Origin: a bacterium
GTDB lineage: Bacteria; UBA8248
Direction: 5' to 3'
NCBI GenBank assembly: GCA_965219955.1
Contig: OZ244799.1
Location: forward strand, 2,848,001-2,912,000
Length of the DNA: 64,000 nucleotides
The stretch's first letter is position 1; each line of letters starts with the position of its first letter. The notes below the pieces were generated by a model. It saw nothing but the letters and a program-made list of their open reading frames with translations. It had not been told where the DNA came from and made no database searches. Made by a program: the position numbers and the translations under genes. Of this stretch, positions 1 through 7,991 are shown in pieces.

Positions 1-1047
1 TTTCTCACCCGGATGCCGCACCAGGAGCTGGACTCTCGGCTGCTCCTTCCAGCCGGTGTCCTCGCCCTTCAGGAAATGACCGAAAAACTTCTTCTGGAGC
101 GCGACGCCGTAATCGGTATAAAACTCCGTGAAATGCTCCAGCCCGTGCATCTCCAGCCATTTCTCGTCGGTGGCCGACTGCACGAAGCCCTCCGTGTTGC
201 CCCTGGGGTGCAGACCCACGCCGCCCCAGTTGCCCGAGGAAAGAAGAGGCACGTTGATTTTCGAGTAATCGGGCATGCGCTCTTTCCAGTAATCATCCAC
301 GAGGGGGTGATCCAGAATGTCCTGGCCGAAATCGCTCCTGTTGGAAGCGAGTTCCTCTTCGCTCAGGTTGGCGGGGCCGGAAATCCAGTCGCCGTTGATG
401 CGGCTCTTGATGCCGCGGTTTCCCTTGCCGTGCTGGCGGGGGACGACGGCCTGGCGGTACCAGGTGTCCGAAAACCGGCAGGCGATGCCGCCGTGGTGGG
501 CCAAGTCGCGGTAGAAATCGGCCGCCCCCTCCCAGACGCACATGGCCGCCAGGTGCGGCGGCTGGAGCGAGGCCACCTGCCACTGGTTCATCCCGTAATA
601 GGAGATGCCGTTCAGCCCCACCTTCCCGTTGCTCCAGGGCTGCACGCCCGCCCACTCGATGCAGTCGTAAAAATCCCTGGTCTCGCGCGGCGACCAAACC
701 TCCAGATAGCCCGGCGAGCGGCCCGCGCCACGCGAGTCCACGCGCACGCAGGCGTAGCCGTCGGGCACCCATTTCTCGGGGTCCACGAGCTCCCAGTTCT
801 GGTATTTGTTGGTGGTGCCCATGACGGTCTCGGGATAGTCGTTCACCATGAGATTCCACTGGTGGGGGTAGCCGTCCTGTAAGTGAAGCCACTTGCAGTA
901 GGGGCCGTAGCTCATGATGACGGGGTATTGGCCATCCTCAAGGGGCCGGTAGACGTCGCAGCGCAGCACCACGCCGTCGTCCATCTCGATAGGCACGTCC
1001 CAGTCGATCCGCATCCCGTCTCTTGCCTCGCTCTTGTACTCGCTCAT
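1..1047 (-). CDS. CocE/NonD family serine hydrolase (3' end runs off the window)
   Basis: Manual translation MSEYKSEARDGMRIDWDVPIEMDDGVVLRCDVYRP...DSRGAGRSPG...WSNGKVGLNGISYYG, with the CocE-type GxSYxG nucleophile motif. Missing from the ORF track because it is open-ended. Confidence 0.9.
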   Translation of the reverse strand, partial: MSEYKSEARDGMRIDWDVPIEMDDGVVLRCDVYRPLEDGQYPVIMSYGPYCKWLHLQDGYPHQWNLMVNDYPETVMGTTNKYQNWELVDPEKWVPDGYACVRVDSRGAGRSPGYLEVWSPRETRDFYDCIEWAGVQPWSNGKVGLNGISYYGMNQWQVASLQPPHLAAMCVWEGAADFYRDLAHHGGIACRFSDTWYRQAVVPRQHGKGNRGIKSRINGDWISGPANLSEEELASNRSDFGQDILDHPLVDDYWKERMPDYSKINVPLLSSGNWGGVGLHPRGNTEGFVQSATDEKWLEMHGLEHFTEFYTDYGVALQKKFFGHFLKGEDTGWKEQPRVQLLVRHPGEK

Positions 1048-1212
1048 GTTTCGCCTTTCCGTGAAGAAGTGGATCACCGTCGGTGATGTATTTGGGGATG
1101 GAGGGAATATAACCGAGCGTGAGGGGGTGAGTCCAGATGGGAAGGGTGCTTATGTCGGGAACGTGGGGACTTAAGCTCTATTCAAACTTGATGATGCAGC
1201 GTATTTCTTCCG

Positions 1213-1488
1213 TCATTGCGCATAAGCTTCACGGGTCTTGTGTTCCTCGTCGAATGGACGTTCCCATACTACAGTTGAAAACAAGTCTTTAATTTTTCTC
1301 GTGGTGAAATCGGGGCCTTGAATATGGTTTGCGATGATAAGATCGCCGACCAGATCTTTCATCACCTCTTCAAATTCATCTATCGTTTTTGCTTCAATGT
1401 GCAATCCCTTGATGTCACTTTCAGATATAAATACTTCCGCCTCTTCGTCCCATGTGGCTTTTACATAAAAGGTCAAATTTGAACTCAT
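1213..1488 (-). CDS. DUF1902 (HicB-like fold) protein
   Basis: VKATWDEEAEVFISESDIKGLHIEAKTIDEF resembles the DUF1902 pattern; AGGGAG RBS upstream. Confidence 0.7.
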   Translation of the reverse strand: MSSNLTFYVKATWDEEAEVFISESDIKGLHIEAKTIDEFEEVMKDLVGDLIIANHIQGPDFTTRKIKDLFSTVVWERPFDEEHKTREAYAQ

Positions 1489-1777
1489 TTTTTTCTCCCT
1501 CACTCAACAAATGTGGGTTCAACTCCCACCACGGCCTACACTAAACCACTTTGAAGTGGGGATTTCCTTATCCGTTGCCTTGAACCTGACTTGGCTATCT
1601 GTATCGGCGTTACAGGTATCTCTTACACCCATACCCTATCTCATTATGTGTAATATTTCGCCATATCCTGCCATACATTGCGAAAATCTCAACCAGCCCG
1701 GAATAAGCCCCCCACTACTCCACCCGCTTGCTCTTGCGAGAGCATGTTAACCGGCAATAAAGGGTCGAGACGCCGGC

Positions 1778-2017
1778 TTAATTCTCGTCGAAAAAACCTT
1801 CAGGGAGACCGAATAAACGAATGATATCTTTTTGATAGCCTGGGAATATCGGGGTTTTCCCGCCATGATAAGGAAGCGGGTAATGGCGCTCGACGCCGTC
1901 AATATCTGGATGGTAGAGCATTCGGTGACTACCCTTGCCGCGTCTTGTATGGACGCTGAACCTGGGATCAAACTCACGAAGGCGCTTCAAGAGTTGCCTG
2001 TACTCAATCGTCCGCAA
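1778..2017 (-). CDS. hicA: HicA-family toxin (mRNA interferase)
   Basis: 79 aa, basic, RRGKGSHRMLYHP (GSH catalytic His) and PYHGG; adjacent to a HicB-like gene. Confidence 0.8.
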   Translation of the reverse strand: MRTIEYRQLLKRLREFDPRFSVHTRRGKGSHRMLYHPDIDGVERHYPLPYHGGKTPIFPGYQKDIIRLFGLPEGFFDEN

Positions 2018-2020
2018 ACG

Positions 2021-2365
2021 CTAAACCTCTGCGAATTTTTGCGGATCCACCCGGGGCAAGGGGACATCACAGGAGAAGATGTCGGGAAGGCTATGCGGGG
2101 GTTTCGATTTCAGATGCCGCTTCACGCTCTCGCGCTTCACGGATTCATAGAGCGCGTGATAGGAGGGCTCGGCGGGTACGAATATCTCATCCAGGGTGTC
2201 GTGCTGCACGGCGAACGATATCTGCGCCTCGACCGCTTCGGTCAGATTTTCCACCGCCTGATCTTGCGTTTCCCCATAGCCCCTGAGGCTCATATCCAGG
2301 GCAATCGCGCACCATTTCCCGTCCTCACGGACGACGATAACGCGAAGGGTATGGTTGAAATCCAT
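2021..2365 (-). CDS. hicB: HicB-like antitoxin
   Basis: EDGKWCAIALDMSLRGYGETQDQAVENLTEAV is a HicB N-domain pattern; 3 nt from hicA. Confidence 0.75.
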   Translation of the reverse strand: MDFNHTLRVIVVREDGKWCAIALDMSLRGYGETQDQAVENLTEAVEAQISFAVQHDTLDEIFVPAEPSYHALYESVKRESVKRHLKSKPPHSLPDIFSCDVPLPRVDPQKFAEV

Positions 2366-2484
2366 GGGCGCGTGCGCTCCTTTTGGGGTTCATCCGGGTG
2401 CCGAAATAGTCACGGCAAATTCAGTCACATAGCTTACATGGTTTTAAGAATGTTTGCATTCGACGCAATTTTCAATTCCCCCCA

Positions 2485-3057
2485 TCACTCCACCCGCTCC
2501 TCCAGCTTCCGGGTCGCCTCCTCTACGATTTCGCATACTTTTTCCATAATCTCGGGATGCGCGCGGAACGACTCGCGCACCTCCTTGACGATCGCCATCT
2601 TCGCCGCGGCGAAGCCGTCCTGGTATTCGAGCTTGAGCTTCTCGGCCGATATGCGGCTGCGCTCGAGACCGTTCACCATCTGGGCGAGTTTCTCGGGCGT
2701 GAGGCCTTCGAAGGCATCTTTTTTCATCTGCGAGACGGCCTCCACCGCCTGGGTCATCAGCATCCGCCTAGCGGCCGCCGCCACCTTCTCGCCCGGGTCC
2801 CTGCCCTCGCCGTCATAGGCCATGACTTCCTCGATCAGCTCATCCACCATGGCCTCCACCCGCTTGGTCTTCCGGATGCCCTCGAGCAGGCGGTTGTTGC
2901 GCGCCCCGATGGAGCCGAGCCCTATCTTCTCCCCGGTCTCCTTCTCGAAAGCCTCGGCCACCTCCTGGTAGGTCTTCCCCTCGACGAGCATGGTGTCGAC
3001 GACTTTCTCGGCGCCGTATTCCACCACCTTCGACCTGCGCCCCCGCCTCCTCTCCAT
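2485..3057 (-). CDS. Mu-like phage gp27 / DUF3486 family protein (putative small terminase)
   Basis: N-terminal GRRSKV, HTH-like TYQEVAEAF...IGLGSIG and helical C-terminus; coupled to the upstream gp26-like ORF. Confidence 0.7.
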   Translation of the reverse strand: MERRRGRRSKVVEYGAEKVVDTMLVEGKTYQEVAEAFEKETGEKIGLGSIGARNNRLLEGIRKTKRVEAMVDELIEEVMAYDGEGRDPGEKVAAAARRMLMTQAVEAVSQMKKDAFEGLTPEKLAQMVNGLERSRISAEKLKLEYQDGFAAAKMAIVKEVRESFRAHPEIMEKVCEIVEEATRKLEERVE

Positions 3058-3389
3058 CACAACTCTCCCACGAGGATGTCGGGCGAGGCGGAAACGGCGC
3101 CTTCGAGCAGGCCGCACCCCCTGCGGGTCAGGTGCGCCTCGTAGTCGGTCAGCAGGCGGCCGAACCCGCCCGGGGTGCGCTTTTCCAATAAACCCCGCCC
3201 GGCCAGATCGTCCACGAAGGCCTCGAGCGTCTCGCGGCCCAGGGGCGCGCCGTCCTCATGGTGGCCCGCCTCGCGCAGCGCGCTCCAAAGGAGAAGGCTG
3301 CCCACGCTCGATTCCGGGCGCAAGGCATCCTGGTAATACAGCGTCTTCAAAATGTCGCCGCGCAGGACGCGGGCCGCCAGATCGTTCAC
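3057..3389 (-). CDS. Mu-like phage gp26-type winged-helix protein
   Basis: GTG start with GGAGGT SD; RGDILKTLY...LAGRGLL...AHLTRRGCGLLEG; immediately upstream of the gp27-like gene as in Mu-like phages. Confidence 0.6.
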   Translation of the reverse strand: MNDLAARVLRGDILKTLYYQDALRPESSVGSLLLWSALREAGHHEDGAPLGRETLEAFVDDLAGRGLLEKRTPGGFGRLLTDYEAHLTRRGCGLLEGAVSASPDILVGEL

Positions 3390-3466
3390 GATGAAACACC
3401 TCCTCCATGACATTCATACCGGCGCGCAGGACGCCGTTCGACGTGGGCCAAGCCTATCTTGCGCAC
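3386..3466 (-). CDS. 26-aa micro-ORF (repeat unit 2) MRKIGLAHVERRPARRYECHGGGVSS
   Basis: GGAGGT SD plus GTG; its TGA overlaps the gp26-like GTG (GTGA); homologous to the upstream micro-ORF. Confidence 0.5.
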   Translation of the reverse strand: MRKIGLAHVERRPARRYECHGGGVSS

Positions 3467-3540
3467 TGGAAACCTCCCCGATGACGTTCATACCGCCGCG
3501 CCGGACGCCGCTCGCCGATATCCGGACCTCTTGCGCGCAC
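3454..3540 (-). CDS. 28-aa micro-ORF (repeat unit 1) MRARGPDIGERRPARRYERHRGGFQCAR
   Basis: GAGGAGGT SD plus GTG; shares ERRPARRYExHxGG with unit 2, with only synonymous differences in ERRPARRYE. Confidence 0.5.
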   Translation of the reverse strand: MRARGPDIGERRPARRYERHRGGFQCAR

Positions 3541-3608
3541 TGAAAACACCTCCTCGACGGCTTTCACTCCTGAATGCCGAACACCCCCGCGCGCGGCGGG
3601 ATTCAGAC

Positions 3609-3662
3609 AACATACAAGGCGGCGCGGGTCGGGACGGCCCGGCAAATGCGGGGAAATGCGGG
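3609..3662 (-). promoter_or_regulatory. Putative activator-dependent late promoter
   Basis: Minus strand: CC-CGCATTTCCC-CGCATTTGCC, 26 nt, TATGTT; no -35 consensus; same layout as 5733-5786. Confidence 0.5.
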
Positions 3663-3716
3663 CGCGTTGAGAAAATACATTCCGGGCTGCACAATGCCGC
3701 CCGAGGAGGATGTTCG

Positions 3717-4121
3717 ATGCGCCCTATCGCGCCGACAATCGCTACCATCGCCATTTTCGCGCTTTGGTTCGTCGGGCTGCCCGACGCCCCTGCCCTCGCT
3801 CACGGGGAGGAGGAGATCCTCCTGTTCGCCTACCTGGCGGAGGAACGGAACCTGCTCCGGATTTCGGCCGCCATCGTGGGCGGCATCATCCTAGCGATGG
3901 GCGCCTTCATCACCCAGCAGTCGCGCGCCGAGGCGAGAGAAAACGCCCGGGCCGAATTCACGGGCTTCAGGGTGATATTGCCGGGGCTGCTCGTCACCTG
4001 CCTGGGCGTCGCCGTGCTGTTCACGGCCGCCTTCATCCTCCCCGAGCAGGTCAAGATCGTCCACGACCATCCCCTGGAGCGCGTCGAGACGAAAACCACG
4101 AAAAGCAAAAGCGGCCCGTGA
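3717..4121 (+). CDS. Hypothetical membrane protein (signal peptide plus 2 TM)
   Basis: GAGGAGG SD, ATG at 3717; signal ending ALA-H and two hydrophobic helices. Confidence 0.65.
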   Translation: MRPIAPTIATIAIFALWFVGLPDAPALAHGEEEILLFAYLAEERNLLRISAAIVGGIILAMGAFITQQSRAEARENARAEFTGFRVILPGLLVTCLGVAVLFTAAFILPEQVKIVHDHPLERVETKTTKSKSGP

Positions 4122-4447
4122 GGGGTTGTTGGAAAACCCCATCAAGGAGGAAGTGATGCCTGCGCTTCCGCCCGGTTTTCGGTTTTGACCGTCATTCCGG
4201 CGAAAGCCGGAATCCATTTTCGCCTTTGCCTTTTCGCCCCCTCGCTCGGCCGTCTTTGCACCCGGGCGGGGAGGCTTGGAATCGCACGCGAAAACGAAAG
4301 GCGAATTCTCTGGATTCCGCGTCCGGACGCCGCGCGAGAACAAAGTCGTGGCCGCCCCGCCCGGTGAAAAGTCAAAATGGATTCCGGCTTTCGCCGGAAT
4401 GACGGCGGTGGTCAATTCCGAGCGCGGGGGATTTTTCCAACAACCCC
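4122..4447. mobile_element. MITE-like element enclosing an inverted CGTC-type palindrome pair
   Basis: Ends GGGGTTGTTGGAAAACCCC and GGGGATTTTTCCAACAACCCC; internal CGTCATTCCGGCGAAAGCCGGAATCCA (4190-4216) and its reverse complement (4378-4404). Confidence 0.65.
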
Positions 4448-4473
4448 CCAATCCCTCCCCGCGCAAAACCTCC

Positions 4474-4899
4474 TCACTTCGTCTTTCCCGTGAGCTTCTC
4501 CATCGTGCGAAGCGCGCCAAGGCCCAGCATCCCGAGGGTGAGTTCGAGAAGCCCTTCCGCCGAGACGGGATAGGGCGCGAGTTCGCCGCTCATCAGCACC
4601 TGCCGCGTCCAGAGCCATGCGCCGAGCGCATACTGGGGGATGAAGTAAAAGGCGAGCGAGACGCCGCAGGTCCACAGGATGAACGGCCTGCCGCCTGCGA
4701 CGAAGACGCTGCGGTGGGCGGCCTCTATCTTGTTGATCTCGTTCTGGGCTTCGGCGGGCCGCATCATCAGCTTCTGCTTTATCGCCTCCGCCGCGCGCCG
4801 CTCGTCGGGCGTCTCGACGAACCGGTCGATGACGTTGGCGACGCCCTCCGCCGCCGTCATGACGCCGCCGCCGATGAGCTTTTCCAAAAAGGCCATCAC
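4474..4899 (-). CDS. 3-TM holin (GTA_holin_3TM-like)
   Basis: VIDRFVETPDERRAA...INKIEAAHRSVFVAGGRPFILWTCG...LGMLGLGALRTMEK; overlaps the endolysin stop. Confidence 0.8.
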   Translation of the reverse strand: MMAFLEKLIGGGVMTAAEGVANVIDRFVETPDERRAAEAIKQKLMMRPAEAQNEINKIEAAHRSVFVAGGRPFILWTCGVSLAFYFIPQYALGAWLWTRQVLMSGELAPYPVSAEGLLELTLGMLGLGALRTMEKLTGKTK

Positions 4900-5309
4900 G
4901 CGCTCCTCATCCGCTCGGCCACCCGGCCCGCCCGCGCGGGGAGCTCCCGCGCGTAAACCGAATCGAGCGCCTCCGCCGCCGCGAGCGCGTAATCACCCTC
5001 CGTGAGCGCGGCCCACATTTTCTGAAAGCCCAGGAGGTTCGGCACGCCCATGTTGTAGGCCATGTTCAGGACCGCGCGCTTTGCGCCGGGCTCAAGATTC
5101 CTGTATGTCCCGCCGACGCGGGAGCGCTCAATTTCCCCGGCCATCAGAGCCAGCCGATGCCGGAGGAGCAGTTCCGCTTCGGCTTCCGATATGCCGTCTT
5201 CGATCAGCGTTCCGTAGCCGATGGTCTTCTTTCCCTTGCCGTCCAGATACACGACCGGCACGAAACCCTCCTCGCGCTTGATGTCCTCTACGAGTTCATC
5301 CGTGAGCAT
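4896..5309 (-). CDS. Phage lysozyme / endolysin, GH24
   Basis: EEGFVPVVYLDGKGKKTIGYG gives an intact E-x8-D-x5-T triad; also NMAYNMG and AAAEALDS. Confidence 0.85.
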   Translation of the reverse strand: MLTDELVEDIKREEGFVPVVYLDGKGKKTIGYGTLIEDGISEAEAELLLRHRLALMAGEIERSRVGGTYRNLEPGAKRAVLNMAYNMGVPNLLGFQKMWAALTEGDYALAAAEALDSVYARELPARAGRVAERMRSA

Positions 5310-5527
5310 GATCTCTCCTCATTCACGAGCGAATCCCCGGCTCTGGCCGCCTGCTGCAGGACGCGGCAAAGCGCCGCCGCGCCCTTGCCCGCGCCCGAGC
5401 GGCCCGCATAGGCCCGGCTCGACGCCAGGACCCGTCCGTTCCGCGCCCGCACGCGGAAGCGATGCCGCCCGGATTCGTCCCGGAAAATCTCGACGGGGCG
5501 ATGCTTCGGTCTCTTTACGGCCGGCAT
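5288..5527 (-). CDS. DUF1508 (YegP-like) protein
   Basis: EIFRDESGRHRFRVRARNGRVLASSRAY motif. Confidence 0.7.
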   Translation of the reverse strand: MPAVKRPKHRPVEIFRDESGRHRFRVRARNGRVLASSRAYAGRSGAGKGAAALCRVLQQAARAGDSLVNEERSCSRMNS

Positions 5528-5664
5528 AAATAACCCCCCAGGAAAAAGCCCAACAGCACCAGACCCGCGCCCGCGGCGACCAGGCGCAAGGCGGTGTGCT
5601 TCTCCTTCGCCCAGCGCCACAAGGCGGCGTCCGTTCGTTTTTCGGTTTCATTTTTCCCGCTCAT
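5515..5664 (-). CDS. 49-aa single-TM protein heading the lysis operon
   Basis: Manual translation MSGKNETEKRTDAALWRWAKEKHTALRLVAAGAGLVLLGFFLGGYLCRP; overlaps the next start; below the ORF-track cutoff. Confidence 0.55.
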   Translation of the reverse strand: MSGKNETEKRTDAALWRWAKEKHTALRLVAAGAGLVLLGFFLGGYLCRP

Positions 5665-5732
5665 GACTCTCCTCACATTCTGTTAGCGAAATCCCGCGCG
5701 CCGCGCTTGAGCGATGCGCCTCGACGTGAAAG

Positions 5733-5786
5733 ATTCTAGGCCTTGATCCCGCCGGGCCGATGACGGAAAATGCGGGCAACTGCGGG
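5733..5786 (-). promoter_or_regulatory. Putative activator-dependent lysis promoter
   Basis: Minus strand: CC-CGCAGTTGCC-CGCATTTTCC, 26 nt, TAGAAT; about 70 nt upstream of the first lysis-operon ORF. Confidence 0.55.
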
Positions 5787-5943
5787 GTGATGCGCTCTCA
5801 CCCGTACGCGAGGGAAAAAAGCGCATCCCGCAGCGCCGGACACGCCCGCCCGACTCTTCGTTCGCGACGCGCGAGGGGCGTTTCAATCCGCCAGGAAGAC
5901 GACGCGCCGAGGGGCGCATGCCGCCAAGTACAGGAGATGAACC

Positions 5944-6432
5944 ATGAAGAAACTGACCGCCACCCTCCTCGTAGCCGTATTCACCCTGGGGCTGGCTGGA
6001 TGCCGCGCCGACGGCACGATGGACAAACAGACCGGCGGAGCGATTCTCGGCGGAATCGCGGGCGGTCTGATCGGGTCCAAGTTCGGCAAGGGCCGGGGCC
6101 GCAAAGCGGCGACCTTCGCGGGCGCGGTCCTCGGTGTCCTCGCGGGCAGCTCCATCGGGCGCCAGCTCGACGAGCGCGACCGCCTGCTGATGTCGCGCAG
6201 CACGCAAAAAAGCCTCGAACGCGGCAAGACGAACGTCGCCAGCAAATGGGTGAACCCGGACACGGGCAACCGGGGCACCATCACGCCCAGGCGCACCTAC
6301 CGGGTCCAGAGAGGCTCGACCACTAGGTATTGCCGCGAGTTCCAGCAGACCATCACCGTGGGCGGCAAGACCGAGCGCGCCTACGGCCGCGCCTGCCGGC
6401 AGCCCGACGGCAGCTGGAAGATCGTCAACTAG
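5944..6432 (+). CDS. Glycine-zipper lipoprotein (17-kDa surface antigen / RT0821-like)
   Basis: Lipobox LAGC; GAILGGIAGGLIG zipper; CREFQQTITVGG...ACRQPDGSW. Confidence 0.85.
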   Translation: MKKLTATLLVAVFTLGLAGCRADGTMDKQTGGAILGGIAGGLIGSKFGKGRGRKAATFAGAVLGVLAGSSIGRQLDERDRLLMSRSTQKSLERGKTNVASKWVNPDTGNRGTITPRRTYRVQRGSTTRYCREFQQTITVGGKTERAYGRACRQPDGSWKIVN

Positions 6433-6554
6433 GCCCGCGCCGCGCCACCGGCGCGGATCGTGAAACGCTCCTCGACCACTCCCGGGAAATCCGGCCGCCT
6501 GGAGTTCACGCTCCTTGATGGATATAATCCGGGCTTATCCACGAGGTGCGTTCC

Positions 6555-6935
6555 ATGAAGAAGCGAATCTGCGCTGGCGTTGCGTTCATGTTCTTCGTAT
6601 CGGGGTGCGCGGGCTCGGGGCCGAACCCGGTGGCGCGCTACACGCCTGCGGATGAAAAACGGAACTGCGCGTCGCTCAAGGCGGAAATCAAGGCCAACAA
6701 AAAGGACATCGCGAAAAAGACGGCCGAGCGAACGAACAAGACGAACAAAAACCTCATCCTCGGCGCTGCAGGCGTGTTCTTCATCACGCCGTGGCTTCAC
6801 ATGGATTTGAAGGGCAAGGAGGCGGGCGAGACAGAAGCCCTCGAGCGGCGGAACGCCGCACTCCGCCGGATCGCCGCCGTGAAGGGCTGCAACGCGCCGC
6901 TTCCGATCGTCACGCATCAGAGAAAGAAATCGTAG
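6555..6935 (+). CDS. Hypothetical lipoprotein
   Basis: Lipobox VSGC; CASLKAEI...KGC Cys pair; GAGGT SD. Confidence 0.7.
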   Translation: MKKRICAGVAFMFFVSGCAGSGPNPVARYTPADEKRNCASLKAEIKANKKDIAKKTAERTNKTNKNLILGAAGVFFITPWLHMDLKGKEAGETEALERRNAALRRIAAVKGCNAPLPIVTHQRKKS

Positions 6936-6959
6936 GAGCGGTTCACGAACCGCCCCTAC
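6932..6959. repeat. GTAG-type REP palindrome
   Basis: GTAGGAGCGGTTCACGAACCGCCCCTAC; supplies the stop codon of the upstream ORF. Confidence 0.7.
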
Positions 6960-6995
6960 AGGAGAATCGCCTCGCCGTCGCCCATTGGAAGCGCC

Positions 6996-7847
6996 TTGCC
7001 GAAAAGACGCACGAGAGATCTTCTCGTCAAATCCCTGCTCATCGCCGTCTCGATGTTTTGCGCGGCAAGCGTCCCTCTCGCTGACGCCAGGGAATGCTCA
7101 TACGGCCCCTACACGGGGCGCTGCCGCGACATCGGGCTCATGCGCTCGCTCAAGCGCGACGGCGAAAAACGCGTCTCCGCGCGCTCGGTGCTTTGGGTGG
7201 AGGCGGGCTATCTCTCGGCTGATGAGGCGGGCGAATTGCAGCAAAAGATCGACGCCGGCATCGAGGCCGTCGAGAATTTTCTGGGCCTTCCGTTCTCACG
7301 CGAGGCCTACGGGCAGGAGAAAATCGAGTTCTTCGTCCACAGCCGGCGCGCGCCGTCACACACCATCACGGGCTACAGCCCGCGGAAATACATGCACCCG
7401 GTGGTGTTCCTCTCTTTCGCCAAGGGAAAGCGAACGCCCTATCTTCACGAAATCGTCCACATCATCGCGTGGGACTGGAACACGCTGTGGCTCAAGGAGG
7501 GCCTGGCCGTTCACCTGAACGACCGCCTGGGTGGCTACGCCGCGTTTCCCAATTTCGGCGAATCGGTGGATGACTTCGCGGGCCGCGTGCTGAGGCGCGA
7601 GTTCCCGCCCGCCATGGAGGCGCTCGACCTCGTGGGCGAGAACGGCATCCCCAGATTCGGGGACAGGCGCGTGCGGCGGATGTTCTACATCCTCTCGGGC
7701 TCCTACACCGGCTATCTCCTGCGCGAGTGGGGGGTCGAGAAACTCATGCGAATCTATTCCGCAAAAGACACTGAAGCCGCGATTCAACAAGAGACGGGAA
7801 AACCCGGCTGGCGGTGGAAGGAGGCGTGGCTGGGCGGGGTGAAATAG
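6996..7847 (+). CDS. Secreted gluzincin-type (clan MA) metallopeptidase-like protein
   Basis: Signal peptide; HEIVH plus downstream WLKEGLA third ligand. Confidence 0.7.
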   Translation: MPKRRTRDLLVKSLLIAVSMFCAASVPLADARECSYGPYTGRCRDIGLMRSLKRDGEKRVSARSVLWVEAGYLSADEAGELQQKIDAGIEAVENFLGLPFSREAYGQEKIEFFVHSRRAPSHTITGYSPRKYMHPVVFLSFAKGKRTPYLHEIVHIIAWDWNTLWLKEGLAVHLNDRLGGYAAFPNFGESVDDFAGRVLRREFPPAMEALDLVGENGIPRFGDRRVRRMFYILSGSYTGYLLREWGVEKLMRIYSAKDTEAAIQQETGKPGWRWKEAWLGGVK

Positions 7848-7884
7848 ATCAATCCTGAGTGTTGAGAGAGGGATTGCGAATTTG

Positions 7885-7919
7885 AAAAAAGAAAAGCCCC
7901 TCGGGTTTCCCCGAGGGGC
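7885..7919 (-). terminator. Intrinsic terminator
   Basis: GCCCCTCGGG-GAAA-CCCGAGGGGC followed by TTTTCTTTTTT on the minus strand. Confidence 0.8.
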
Positions 7920-7991
7920 GTAGTTTCGTTTCAGGCTTGCTTCCTAGAAGCCGGGATCCTCGTCGTGTGTGTGGAACATCGTTTGGTCTCC

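Noticed and set aside
13-882. 289-aa plus-strand ORF and other long shadow ORFs (e.g. 11280-12677, 29424-31685, 40979-42301, 61661-63031)
   Set aside because: Antisense or off-frame shadows of well-supported genes, typical of high-GC DNA.
1632-1659. Second dif-like half site near TTATGTGTAAT
   Set aside because: No XerC arm; probably a chance AT-rich match.
3386-3613. Mini CRISPR array
   Set aside because: The units are degenerate along their length with codon-like variation, have no unique spacers, and no cas genes are present.
4142-4375. ORFs containing WIPAFAGMT or VIPAKAGI (also near 32.1 kb and 35.3-35.9 kb)
   Set aside because: Translations of the CGTC palindromic repeat, not genes.
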